From Macrostomum hystrix (Eukaryota > Animalia > Platyhelminthes): 64,000 bases of DNA. A model generated the notes under the pieces. The model made no database searches, was not told the DNA's origin, and saw nothing but the letters and a program-made list of their open reading frames with translations. Position 1 is the stretch's first letter; each line of letters starts with the position of its first letter. Below, piece after piece: positions 24,214 to 35,075 of this stretch. Made by a program: the position numbers and the translations under genes. The stretch is from assembly GCA_950097015.1 (NCBI GenBank), contig CATNEN010000037.1, positions 620,001 to 684,000 of the forward strand, in the 5' to 3' direction.

Positions 24214-27013
24214 TCACGGGCAGTAGCGCTTGAAGGCCTCTTCAATCTCCTGCTTAGTCAGCGCCGAGTGGGCCACCCCGAAGCAGGCCAGCCAGCCGTG
24301 GTATCCGGGCAGCGCTGACTTGTACGCGTTGCCCAGCATTAGCACCTCGTCGTGATCGGGATAGCGATGGTTGGACGTTGCCGGCGAATGACTCGACGCA
24401 TCCCGATCGTTTCTATAGAACTTGGCCTTTCCGGGCGTCATCACGACGGCGCCCCGCAGTCCGCCCGGGTCCGAGGAGGAGGTCGAGTCCAGGGCCGGGT
24501 TGGACTCGTCGCGGAAAAAGCCGGCGCTGCTGTACAGCGAGAGGTCGGTGCTGCGCGGATTCTCAACTAGGGAGAGGCCCGGCTCGCCGGCCTTGCCGCT
24601 GATGTCGATCAGAAGCGAGTCGTAATCTTTCGGACGTTCCACGTAGTAGAATATTGTCCAGTGTCCATTCTGCTTCAGAGGCCTGCCCGATGAAAACGGT
24701 GCAGTGACGGGTGACGTTCTATTGTCATTTCGAATGCTTCCCTAACGACTCAAGCGCTTCTCAAACGACTCAAGCGCTTCTCTAACGACTCAAGCGCTTC
24801 TCTAATGACTCAAGCGCTTCTCTAACGACTCAAGAGCTTCTCTAACGACTCAAGTGCTTCTCTAACGACTCAAGCGCTTCTCTAACGACTCAAGCGTTTC
24901 TCTAACGACTCAAGCGCTTCTCTAACGACTCAAGCGCTTCTCCAATGACTTAAGCGCTTCTCTAATGACTTAAGCGCTTCTCTAACGACTCAAATGCTTT
25001 TTAGCGACTCAAGCGCTTCTCTAATGACTCAAACGCTTTTAAACGACTCAAACGCCTTAAAAATTACTCCATCACCTCTTTAGCGAGTCATCAAATATTT
25101 CGAGACGCGTTTAATGCGTTGTTGAGGCATAGCCAGGTCGTTAACTTGAAACACTCTAAAAAAACTTAGAGGACTCATCTTTTGCGGCTCTAAAAAGCTC
25201 TGTACCGCGATATCTAGGTGATTTAATGTTTTTGTCTCTATATCATTTTCTCAATAACACTGGACACCTTCTGATCAAACGAACGCTCCTAGAAATAGGT
25301 ATTCAATAAAAGTCTATAGGCTACCAAGATTAGCTCACCTGCTTAGAATGCCGTCTTTCGAGTCAATCAGAATTCCCCGCGAGCCGTTCAACAGTGCACC
25401 CCTCGTTCCACCGACCAGAGCCGCGTCGCCCCAGCTCAAAACACGGAATTCGCTCGGGTTGACTAAATTATCACCTGGCGAGGCGGCGCGACGAAAATCG
25501 TAGGCTGCCAGAATTTTCGAAGGTGGCTGCGTCGGTGGGTGCGTGGGTTGCTGTGTGGGTTGTTGTGTCGGTTGCTGCGTAGGTTGCTGCGTCGGTTGCT
25601 GTGTCGGTTGCTGTGTGGGTTGTTGTGTCGGTTGCTGCGTCGGTTGCTGCGTCGGTTGCTGTGTCGGTTGCTGCGTCGGTTGCTGCGTCGGTTGCTGTGT
25701 CGGTTGCTGTGTCGGTTGCTGCGTCGGTTGCTGTGTCGGTTGCTGTGTCGGTGGCGGGCCGCCGTTTTTCGGTCGCTTGCAAACGAAGCTGCGTCTGTAG
25801 TGACACGGCACCGAGTAGAGACTTCTGTCGCGCAGTACAATGCAATTGGTCACTAAATCGTTGTTCGGATTGCCAGCAGCCCAGGCTGGGAAGTTGTAGT
25901 GGTCGCCAGACCTGTCGGCCCACTGGTAGCAGATCTTCTGCAGCCGGCCATTGAAGAAGTCCATTCGACAGGGATTGAGCTTAATCAGGCCAATCCACAG
26001 CTCCAGGGAGCAGGCATTCTCGGTCAAGTCTAGCAGGCTCAGTAGTCTAACTTCGGCGTCAGTGTGTACAGAGGCCACGTGAGCCTACGAATGTGCGGAA
26101 ACAATGCCCTTCATTTTAGTATTGTTTTTAGAGTTCGGAGGTTGCATTGATTCCATCGGAATCCGTGAAAGGTTCCATGGGAATCCGTGAGGAGTTAAAA
26201 TAAAAACTTACCTGGCGTCCGTCACAGAAGAACGACGCCTCAATGTATGTCGCTTTGAAGTTCGGCTGGAAGTAGCAATAGTCTCCAATCAGTTGCCAAG
26301 CTGGCGGGCAGGCGTTCGATCCGGAGTCGATTTCGATTCTCGGCGCGGGCGCTTTGCACACGTAGGTCCGTCTGGCGTGGTAAAAATTGTTTTGCCATTG
26401 AAGATTCCCGGCTGTCACCAAAGGTTGATGCGGAGTGAACTAGTCGGCTGGTATTGTGCCGAACGAATGCCGCCGGAGAACTGTTGTCGGTCCACCTGTA
26501 GCTAGTCGGATCTGCTAGTCGATCGGCGTGGGTGCCGTAGCGGCCAATCCAGGCTTCGGCACAGTAGGTCAGCCGGCCAATCAGGATGTTCTCAGTCAGG
26601 TTGCCAATGGAGACCAGGTGGCCGCCGTCGGCTTTGCAGGCCTGCTCAGCCGTGTACCTGGGAATAGATCAATTTTCTTGGGATTAGGGTGGACATTGTG
26701 GAGGATCCGGTTGGACATTAGGGAGGATCTGGTTGGACATTGGGAAGGATCAGTTGGACATTGGGAAGGATCAGTTGGACATTGGAGAGGATCAGTTGGA
26801 CATTGGAGAGGATTAGGATTGGACGCTGATGAAGCAGGCTAACTCATACCAGTAGCTGGTTGACTCGGTCCATCTGTAGCAGTGGTCGTCGTATCGAATC
26901 CAGCCGTCTCGACTGCTGGCGATGCTGTTGCATGTGGCGGCCCCACTACTCTGTCGCACAGTTTGCAGCAGCAACAGCGCGAACTGCAGCAGCGGCAAAT
27001 AGTTTTTCAACAT
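24214..27013 (-). CDS. Secreted C-type lectin: signal peptide, 2 CTLDs, (PTQQ)n stalk, LamG/pentraxin-like domain; exons 26850-27013, 26212-26657 (frame break at ~26440-26464), 25339-26084, 24214-24682
   Basis: Hydrophobic leader; GWIRYDDHCY...W|YTAEQACKADGGHLVSI...WIG...YRWTD...YVCK; CPPAWQLIGDYCY...FCDGRQ|AHVASV...WIGL...WAAGNPNN...C...C...FVCK; C-terminal LMLG...YHGWLACF...ALTKQEI. GT-AG sites are in compatible phases. Confidence 0.85.
24744..25060. repeat. 20-bp minisatellite (aacgactcaagcgcttctct) in the last lectin intron
   Basis: 20-bp period seen directly; decays toward 25060. Confidence 0.93.
25547..25750 (-). repeat. Coding 12-bp repeat encoding ~17 x PTQQ
   Basis: In frame within the 25339-26084 exon, between CTLD2 and the C-terminal domain. 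Confidence 0.92.
26690..26810. repeat. Short ~21-bp tandem repeat (ggatcagttggacattggga.) in lectin intron 1
   Basis: About 6 diverging copies inside the 192-nt intron 26658-26849. Confidence 0.8.
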
Positions 27014-27554
27014 GTCTTAGTTCGTATTTCAGGGCTTTAAAGCGTTTGCTTCTTCAAATTGCTGCTTCTCAGCCTCAGTGTTCGGTTTTTAAAAGCTCCC
27101 TTTTAGTAGCAAAGTTGAGCGTTGCTATGGCGACAGTTTTTCCTGCTATCTTTTGTTTTTCTTGAATGGCGTGAGGGCGTTATATTTTTTGGCATTCATA
27201 ACAATTATTTTATTTCGTAGATTCGAGTTTTACGACTTTTGAGTAGAGATTAGATTAAACTCGCAAGGTTTTAACTAAAAGCGTAATGTTCTTAAATTAG
27301 ATTTTTTTTCAAGTTGACATTTCTGTTATCAAAGTTGAAAATTTCGTCGAAAATTTAGAAGTTTCTACGGGGTTAACAGCCTTATCTTTCATGGCGTACC
27401 CGCAGTTGCGGATCCTGTTAATTTCTGTTTTTATGGAGAAAAAAATTTCAGTTCTAAAAATGCAATTCTCTTAGAATTGAGATTCAGGATTTCATTATTT
27501 TTTAACTGAATTGGTTGTTATTGAAAACAAACCTGCCGATTTTATAGCTTGAAT

Positions 27555-27871
27555 GGAATTTGAATGGCCGAGCGGTCTAACGCGTTCGCCTCTCGCACCA
27601 AGGTGCCTGAGCTCGATTCCGCGGCGAGGCCGCATGCATTTGGGGCGCAGCGGCGCAGAGAAGGCTGGGATGGAGGCTTGTCGTGCAATCTACGCCCTTG
27701 AGGGCCAACCTCCAAGGCAAGACGATTGAGAAAATCAGGACAGATGTACACGTCTGTAAGAGTATGTGCTCAGGAGTCAGCGAAATGGACAGAATTGCCT
27801 CCTCGCTGGCTGCGGGTCTAGTGTCACTGATGCGCCATTTCCCGCAGCTCTCAGGCAATTATTACTATTAC
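27555..27871 (+). mobile_element. tRNA-derived SINE, copy 2
   Basis: atggccgagcggtctaa head, gctcgattcc B-box variant, shared body (gagggccaacctccaagg...gctcaggagtcagcgaa...cctcgctggctgcgggtctagtgtcac), att-rich tail. Confidence 0.85.
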
Positions 27872-28046
27872 TCTCCTCTGCCCATTGTGTCGATTGCCAA
27901 GCCCGGAAAAAGAATTTAATTCCAAATTATAGATTTTCGCATGAATAATTATGCTGAAAAATGGATGGAACGCAACCAGATGATGTTCTATTTTTATAAT
28001 CCGCCAAGCCTTCAGTAAATCGCAGGCACCGTGTACTCCAAGTTTT

Positions 28047-31000
28047 TCAGCGCTCGTCAACTCGCGGATAAATCGATCCTCGACCGGTCGTCGTCAGCTT
28101 CGGCAGGCGTCGGCCGGCGAAGATCTTTTCGAACAGCGCGAGCTCCTCCGGCGAATCGGACCGGGCGAGAATCCGCACCCGCCAGGCTTCACCTGCCGTT
28201 GCATCGGCGTCGTCATCGGCAAGAGATTCGTGCCGACCAGCCCGGCATCGTTTCGAATGCTGCGCAACCAGCTGGCGAGGTCCCGGCAGCCTCGGACGGG
28301 CCCTGGCTAGCTCGAGGCGCCATTGGCCAGCGGTTAAGCCTCTGTCCAAGCGTCGAACTAGCAATGGAATGCCACATTGGCGACAGGACAGGCTAACAAT
28401 GGCGTTGGTGCAGACGCACTCAAATTCAAGCTTGGCGTTGTTCGCCTTGTCAGCGTAGCTGCTGCTGCTGCCGCTGCCGATGCTACTGCTGCTGCTGCTG
28501 CAGGCGTTGCATGCGATTTTTGTGCCGCCGCTTTGATTCTGTGCTTTTCTAAAGACGCTCTTCACACTACTGTGAGTAGTGCCGCTAGAGCCAACACTGC
28601 AGCCGCAACCAAACGGACTGCGCGGAGTAGGTTTTAGTTTTCTGTTTACCGTGCGAGTCTGCTGGTGGGATCTGCAACGATGGCGGGACGACTCAGCCTG
28701 AAAATTTTCAGCTAAGGACTTGGAAATCTCAGATCTAGTCAGGAAACTGGCGGATCTAGTCAGGATACTGGTGGATCTAGTCAGGAAACTGGCGGATCTA
28801 GTCAGGAAACTGGCGGATCTAATCAGGAAACTGGCGGATCTAGTCAGGAAACTGGCAGATCTAGTCAGGAAACTGGCGGATCTAGTCAGGAAACTGGCAG
28901 ATCTAGTCAGGAAACTGGCAGATCTAGTCAGGAAACTGGCAGATCTAGTCAGGAAACTGGCAGATCTAGTCAGGAAACTGGCGGATCTAATCAGGAAACT
29001 GGCGGATCTAGTCAGGAAACTGGCAGATCTAGTCAGGAAACTGGCGGATCTAGTCAGGAAACTGGCGGATCTAGTCAGGAAACTGGCAGATCTAGTCAGG
29101 AAACTGGCGGATCTAGTCAGGAAACTGGCGGATCTAGTCAGGAAACTGGCGGATCTAATCAGGAAACTGGCGGATCTAGTCAGGAAACTGGCAGATCTAG
29201 TCAGGAAACTGGCGGATCTAGTCAGGAAACTGGCGGATCTAATCAGGAAACTGGCGGATCTAGTCAGGAAACTGGCAGATCTAGTCAGGAAACTGGCGGA
29301 TCTAGTCAGGAAACTGGCAGATCTAGTCAGGAAACTGGCAGATCTAGTCAGGAAACTGGCAGATCTAGTCAGGAAACTGGCAGATCTAGTCAGGAAACTG
29401 GCGGATCTAATCAGGAAACTGGCGGATCTAGTCAGGAAACTGGCAGATCTAGTCAGGAAACTGGCGGATCTAGTCAGGAAACTGGCAGATCTAGTCAGGA
29501 AACTGGCAGATCTAGTCAGGAAACTGGCAGATCTAGTCAGGAAACTGGCGGATCTAGTCAGGAAACTGGCGGATCTAGTCAGGAAACTGGCAGATCTAGT
29601 CAGGAAACTGGCGGATCTAGTCAGGAAACTGCAGGATCTAGTCAGGAAACTGGCAGATCTAGTCAGGAAACTGGCGGATCTAGTCAGGAAACTGGCGGAT
29701 CTAGTCAGGAAACTGGCGGATCTAGTCAGGAAACTGGCGGATCTAGTCAGGAAACTGGCGGATCTAGTCAGGAAACTGGCGGATCTAGTCAGGAAACTGG
29801 CGGATCTAGTCAGGAAACTGGCAGATCTAGTCAGGAAACTGGCGGATCTAGTCAGGAAACTGCAGGATCTAGTCAGGAAACTGGCAGATCTAGTCAGGAA
29901 ACTGGCGGATCTAGTCAGGAAACTGGCGGATCTAGTCAGGAAACTGGCGGATCTAGTCAGGAAACTGGCGGATCTAGTCAGGAAACTGGCGGATCTAGTC
30001 AGGAAACTGGCAGATCTAGTCAGGAAACTGGCGGATCTAGTCAGGAAACTGGCAGATCTAGTCAGGAAACTGGCGGATCTAGTCAGGAAACTGCAGGATC
30101 TAGTCAGGAAACTGGCAGATCTAGTCAGGAAACTGGCGGATCTAGTCAGGAAACTGGCGGATCTAGTCAGGAAACTGGCGGATCTTGTCAGGAAACTGGC
30201 GGATCTAGTCAGGAAACTGGCGGATCTTGTCAGGAAACTGGCGGATCTAGTCAGGATACTGGTGGATCTAGTCAGGAAACTGGCGGATCTAGTCAGGAAA
30301 ATGCAAGATCTAGTCAGGATACTGGTGGATCTAGTCAGGATACTGGTGGATCTAGTCAGGATTCTGGTGGATCTAGTCAGAAAACTGCAGGATCTAGTCA
30401 GGATACTGGTGGATCTAGTCAGGAAACTGCAGGATCTAGTCAGGATACTGGTGGATCTTGTCAGGAAACTGCAGGATCTAGTCAGGAAGCTGGCGGCTCT
30501 TGTGAGGAAACTGGCGGCTCTTGTGAGGAAACTGGCGGCTCTTGTGAGCAAATTGGTGGATCTTGTCAGGAAACTGCAGGATCTAGTCAGGAAACTGGCG
30601 GCTCTTGTCAGGAAACTGGCGGATTAAGTTGAGACACCGCTCACCCGCAATCCACCGGCTGCTGCCACCCATTCGCTGCCGCCCGCAGCAGCCGCGCCAT
30701 GCCAGCCTTGCCGCTCTCCGCCGGCAAAGCCGCAGCCGCCCTCTCGGCCACTTCGGCAGCCTCTGCGGCAGCTGACGCTGTCGAGCCGGCCGCGAGAAGC
30801 AGCCGGGCCATCCGGACACTTCCGCGCCACGACTCGGCGGCCACGGTCATCGGCGTCCGACCCTCCGGGCAGCGTCGGTCCGGCCGACACGCCGGTCTGG
30901 CCAGCAACTCAGCGGCCACTCGGCAGGCGTTCTTGTCGGCCGCTTGATGTAGCGGCGTCCAGCCGGCGTCGTCAACAGCGTCGGGATCAGCTCCGGCCGC

Positions 31001-32106
31001 CAGCAGCTCGGCGGCAGCGTCGGCTGAGGCGTCGCCACCGACAGCGCAGTAGTGCAGCGGCGTCCAGCCGTGCTCACCGCGCCAGCTGGTCATTGACGGC
31101 GCTAGCTGGAGCAGCTGCCGCACCGCTGCACAGGCTGCGGCGCCTCCGCGGCAGAGGTCGGCGGCGAGGCGAGCGACGTCACAGTTGGCTGGAGGCTGGG
31201 GCTGCGGGTGCGCGGGTCAGGCGTTATTCGCGATTCCCGATGTCCTTGTAGAAGAAAACGGATGAAGCCCTAGGGAATCCCACTAACAGATCCTCAGGTT
31301 TGGGAAATCCCACTAACAGATCCTCAAGGTTTGGGAAATCTCACTAACAGATCATCAAGGTTTGGGAAATCGCACTAACAGATCCTCAAGGTTTGGGAAA
31401 TCTCACTAACAGATCCTCAGGTTTGGGAAATCTCACTAACAGATCATCAAGGTTTGGGAAATCGCACTAACAGATCCTCAAGGTTTGGGAAATCTCACTA
31501 ACAGATCCTCAGGTATGGGAAATCTGACGGATCCACAAGGTTTGGGAAATCTCACTAACAGATCCTCAGGTTTGGGAAATCTGACGGATCCACAAGGTTT
31601 GGGAAATCTCACTAACAGATCCTCAGGTTTGGGAAATCTGACGGATCCACAAGGTTTGGGAAATCTCATTAACAGATCCTCAAGGTTTGGGAAATCGCAC
31701 TAACAGATCCTCAAGGTTTGGGAAATCTCACTAACAGATCCTCAGGTTTGGGAAATCTGACGGATCCACAAGGTTTGGGAAATCTCACTAACAGATCCTC
31801 AGGTTTGGGAAATCTGACGGATCCACAAGGTTTGGGAAATCTCACTAACAGATCCTCAGGTTTGGGAAATCTGACGGATCCACAAGGTTTGGGAAATCTC
31901 ACTAACAGATCCTCAGGTTTGGGAAATCTCACTAACAGATCCTCAGGTTTGGGAAATCTGACGGATCCTCACTGACTTTGAATGAGATTTTAACTCATGT
32001 TCAGAAATCCACACAGCTGGTCTACAAGCTCATTTGTACCTTTAGTAGGCCGCTCAGAACCTCTTATTCTTACCTGCGATGTGGACTGCCCATCTTCGGT
32101 GCTGAA
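28047..32106 (-). CDS. Ankyrin-repeat protein (3 ANK repeats, then Ser-rich and Cys-containing C-terminus); exons 32074-32106 (tentative), ~30645-31201, 28650-28697, 28047-28617; 5' end not resolved
   Basis: HGWTPLHYCA, AGWTPLHQAA, EGRTPMTVAA. Splices TGC GG|gtgagc ... ttttcag|G CTG and GCA CG|gtaaac (32-nt intron) ...cgcag|T CCG keep one frame to the TGA at 28047. Confidence 0.75.
28731..30627. repeat. 21-bp minisatellite (gatctagtcaggaaactggcg), ~90 copies, filling an ankyrin-gene intron
   Basis: Seen directly; lies between donor 30644 and acceptor 28698. Confidence 0.97.
31275..31970. repeat. 30/31-bp minisatellite (ggtttgggaaatctcactaacagatcctca) alternating with a 27-bp variant (57-bp dimer)
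   Basis: Seen directly; the dimer pattern with ctgacggatccacaa starts at ~31520. Confidence 0.95.
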
Positions 32107-32814
32107 CTGAGGCATATTGCTTCAATGGAAAATGAATGTCACCTTGCTTATGTCACCTGTAGTAATGCAGCTGAGTCTAAAATATTTATCATATTGAGGC
32201 TTTTCGTTAGGTCACTGTCTGTGTGGATATTTTATATATTCTAGCTCGCATATTGCTGCGTATATATACCGAGTTACGAGTATAACAAAGCTATTGCGTT
32301 AGCCTCGTCAAGTTTCTAATTAATTAGTGTTTCTGCAGCGTTAGCAGTCTCAAAAATAGGCTCTATAAATGATGTCATTAGTCACAATGGAAAGCAGAAA
32401 AAGTATATTGTTTCTTTTCTTTCTTTCTTTTTAACACCATCGAGGCACTTGCCTAGGTCAAAATAGAAAAAATATCTTTCTGCCGTTCTCTTTACCTCAT
32501 AAAATTTATTTTATTGCTATAATTTCATTAATTTCAACGGTGTTATAGACAACAAAAAGTAATTAAAATAATTTTTCATCATTCTTTCACGCCTGAAAAT
32601 AAAAGACAAAAGAGTTGCGATAATTAGCGCCGGCCAGGTCTGGAAACAAACCAGAAATGCACTCGCTATTGTGGTAAAGAAGAAGGTGCTTTTTCCCAAG
32701 AAATAATTTTCTAACAAACAGTTTTCATGTCCAATGTCCAGTTGGTGTACCTTTAAATGGAGCATGTGACAATCAGATACTTTCGGCTCTTAATCTCAGC
32801 AGTGCTCTAGAACT

Positions 32815-34315
32815 TTTGGGAAATTTCACTAACAGATCCTCAGGTTTGAGGAATCCAACTTACAGATCCTCAGGTAGGGAAATTCCACTAACAGATCCTC
32901 AGGTTTGGGAAATTCCACTAACAGATCCTCAGGTTTGGGAAATTCTACTATCAGATCATCAGGTTTGGGAAATTCCACTATCAGATCCTCAGGTTTGGGA
33001 AATTCCACTAACAGATCCTCAGGTTTGGGAAATTCCACAAACAGATCCTCAGGTTTGGGAAATTCCACTAACAGATCCTCAGGTTTGGGAAATTCCACTA
33101 ACAGATCCTCAGGTTTGGGAAATTCCACTATCAGATCATCAGGTTTGGGAAATTCCACTAACAGATCCTCAGGTTTGGGAAATTCCACTATCAGATCATC
33201 AGGTTTGAGGAATCCAATTTACAGATCCTCAGGTTTGGGAAATTCCACTAACAGATCCTCAGGTTTGGGAAATTCCACTAACAGATCCTCAGGTTTGGGA
33301 AATTCCACTAACAGATCCTCAGGTTTGGGAAATTCCACTAACAGATCCTCAGGTTTGGGAAATTCCACTAACAGATCATCAGGTTTGGGAAATTCCACTA
33401 ACAGATCCTCAGGTTTGGGAAATTCCACTAACAGATCCTCAGGTTTGGGAAATTCCACTAACAGATCCTCAGGTTTGAGGAATCCAACTTACAGATCCTC
33501 AGCTGGTTTGGGAAATTCCACTATCAGATCCTCAGGTTTGGTAAATTCCACTAACAGATCCTCAGGTTTGAGAATTCAACTTACAGATCCTCAGGTTTGG
33601 GAAATTCCACTAAAAGATCCTCAGGTTTGGGAAATTCCACTAACAGATCCTCAGGTTTGGGAAATTCCACAAACAGATCCTCAGGTTTGGGAAATTCCAC
33701 TAACAGATCATCAGGTTTGGGAAATTCCACTAACAGATCCTCAGGTTTGGGAAATTCCACTAACAGATCCTCAGGTTTGGGAAATTCCACTAACAGATCC
33801 TCAGGTTTGAGGAATCCAACTTACAGATCCTCAGGTTTGGGAAATTCCACTATCAGATCCTCAGGTTTGGTAAATTCCACTAACAGATCCTCAGGTTTGG
33901 GAAATTCCACTAAAAGATCCTCAGGTTTGGGAAATTCCACTAAAAGATCCTCAGGTTTGGGAAATTCCACTAACAGATCCTCAGGTTTGGGAAATTCCAC
34001 AAACAGATCCTCAGGTTTGGGAAATTCCACTAACAGATCCTCAGGTTTGGGAAATTCCACTATCAGATCATCAGGTTTGGGAAATTCCACTAACAGATCC
34101 TCAGGTTTGGGAAATTCCACGAACAGATCCTCAGGTTTGAGGAATCCAACTTACAGATCCGTAGGTTTGGGAAATTCCACTAACAGATCCTCAGGTAGGG
34201 AAATTCCACTAACAGATCCTCAGGTTTGGGAAATTCCACTAACAGATCCTCAGGTTTGGGAAATTCCACTAACAGATCCTCAGGTTTGGAAAATCCCACT
34301 AACAGATTCTCAGGT
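32815..34315. repeat. 30-bp minisatellite (ggtttgggaaattccactaacagatcctca), ~50 copies, sister of 31275-31970
   Basis: Seen directly; differs from the first array by attcca versus atctca. Confidence 0.96.
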
Positions 34316-34889
34316 TGGGTGTTTTAGAGGGTCGATATTTTCGAAACGTACATTTAAATTTCAAAAGGAAAATGAAATTCTAATTTAAAATATGCTACAA
34401 TCACGTGCTTTTAAAAATTTAATCTTAGTTTTCTGGCCCTGGACAGTTTGCCCTGCCCTGGACATTGTCGAACGTCAACAGATTAATGCAACGTACGCTA
34501 GTTGAAATGATTACTTTAACAAACCAATTCGACACCAATTGGTCTCCAGTTAAATTGGCATTATCTCTGCGATATCTCATATCTCGTGTCTTCGAACGAT
34601 CTGTTATGAAGTATTTTTTCATGCACTGTTACTCGCAATTCAATCTTGAATCTAGCATATTCTTGTTACTTAAAAGCTTCAGTTTTAAGTTACAAGTGTA
34701 GTGTTGGTATGTTTATTTTATAATGCGTATATTTCTACTTGAAGTAACATATTCGCGCGTTCAACATTAATGAATTATTATAATGTATGTTATAGGGTTG
34801 TTTTTGTACATGCGCGCCCAGCCAGGCCTACGCACGCGATCGGCCGGTCACCCTGCTCTACAGCCAAGGCATCGGACTAAACCCGGTCT

Positions 34890-35075
34890 GGTGGGCCCAG
34901 CCAATAGGAGGACGGCTAGCCAATTTGATGCGACCCGACTTAAGCGCGATACCCCGGGCCGGGCCAATCAGCAGCCAGTTCGTTAACCGGCAGGGTCGAC
35001 CTGGCAGAGGAACAAGCGGCGCGGCCGGCACCCAGGCTTTGATGAGGGTTGGGGCGGGCACTTGACTATTTAACT
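34890..35075 (+). promoter_or_regulatory. Pol II promoter-like or LTR-like segment (three CCAAT boxes, GC box, TATA-like)
   Basis: gccaat at ~34899, ~34919 and ~34963; ggggcggg at ~35051; tatttaa at ~35068; GC-rich island in AT-rich flanks. No downstream gene identified. Confidence 0.35.

Noticed and set aside
28720-30627. 635-aa (LADLVRK)n ORF and the repeat part of the 834-aa - strand ORF as genes
   Set aside because: The array lies between a valid donor (30644) and acceptor (28698) of the ankyrin gene; only 28047-28617 of the - ORF is used.
31478-34388. Multiple (GLGNSTNRSS)n / (EFPKPEDLLV)n ORFs
   Set aside because: Open only because the unit is 30 bp; frames are broken by non-triplet indels.
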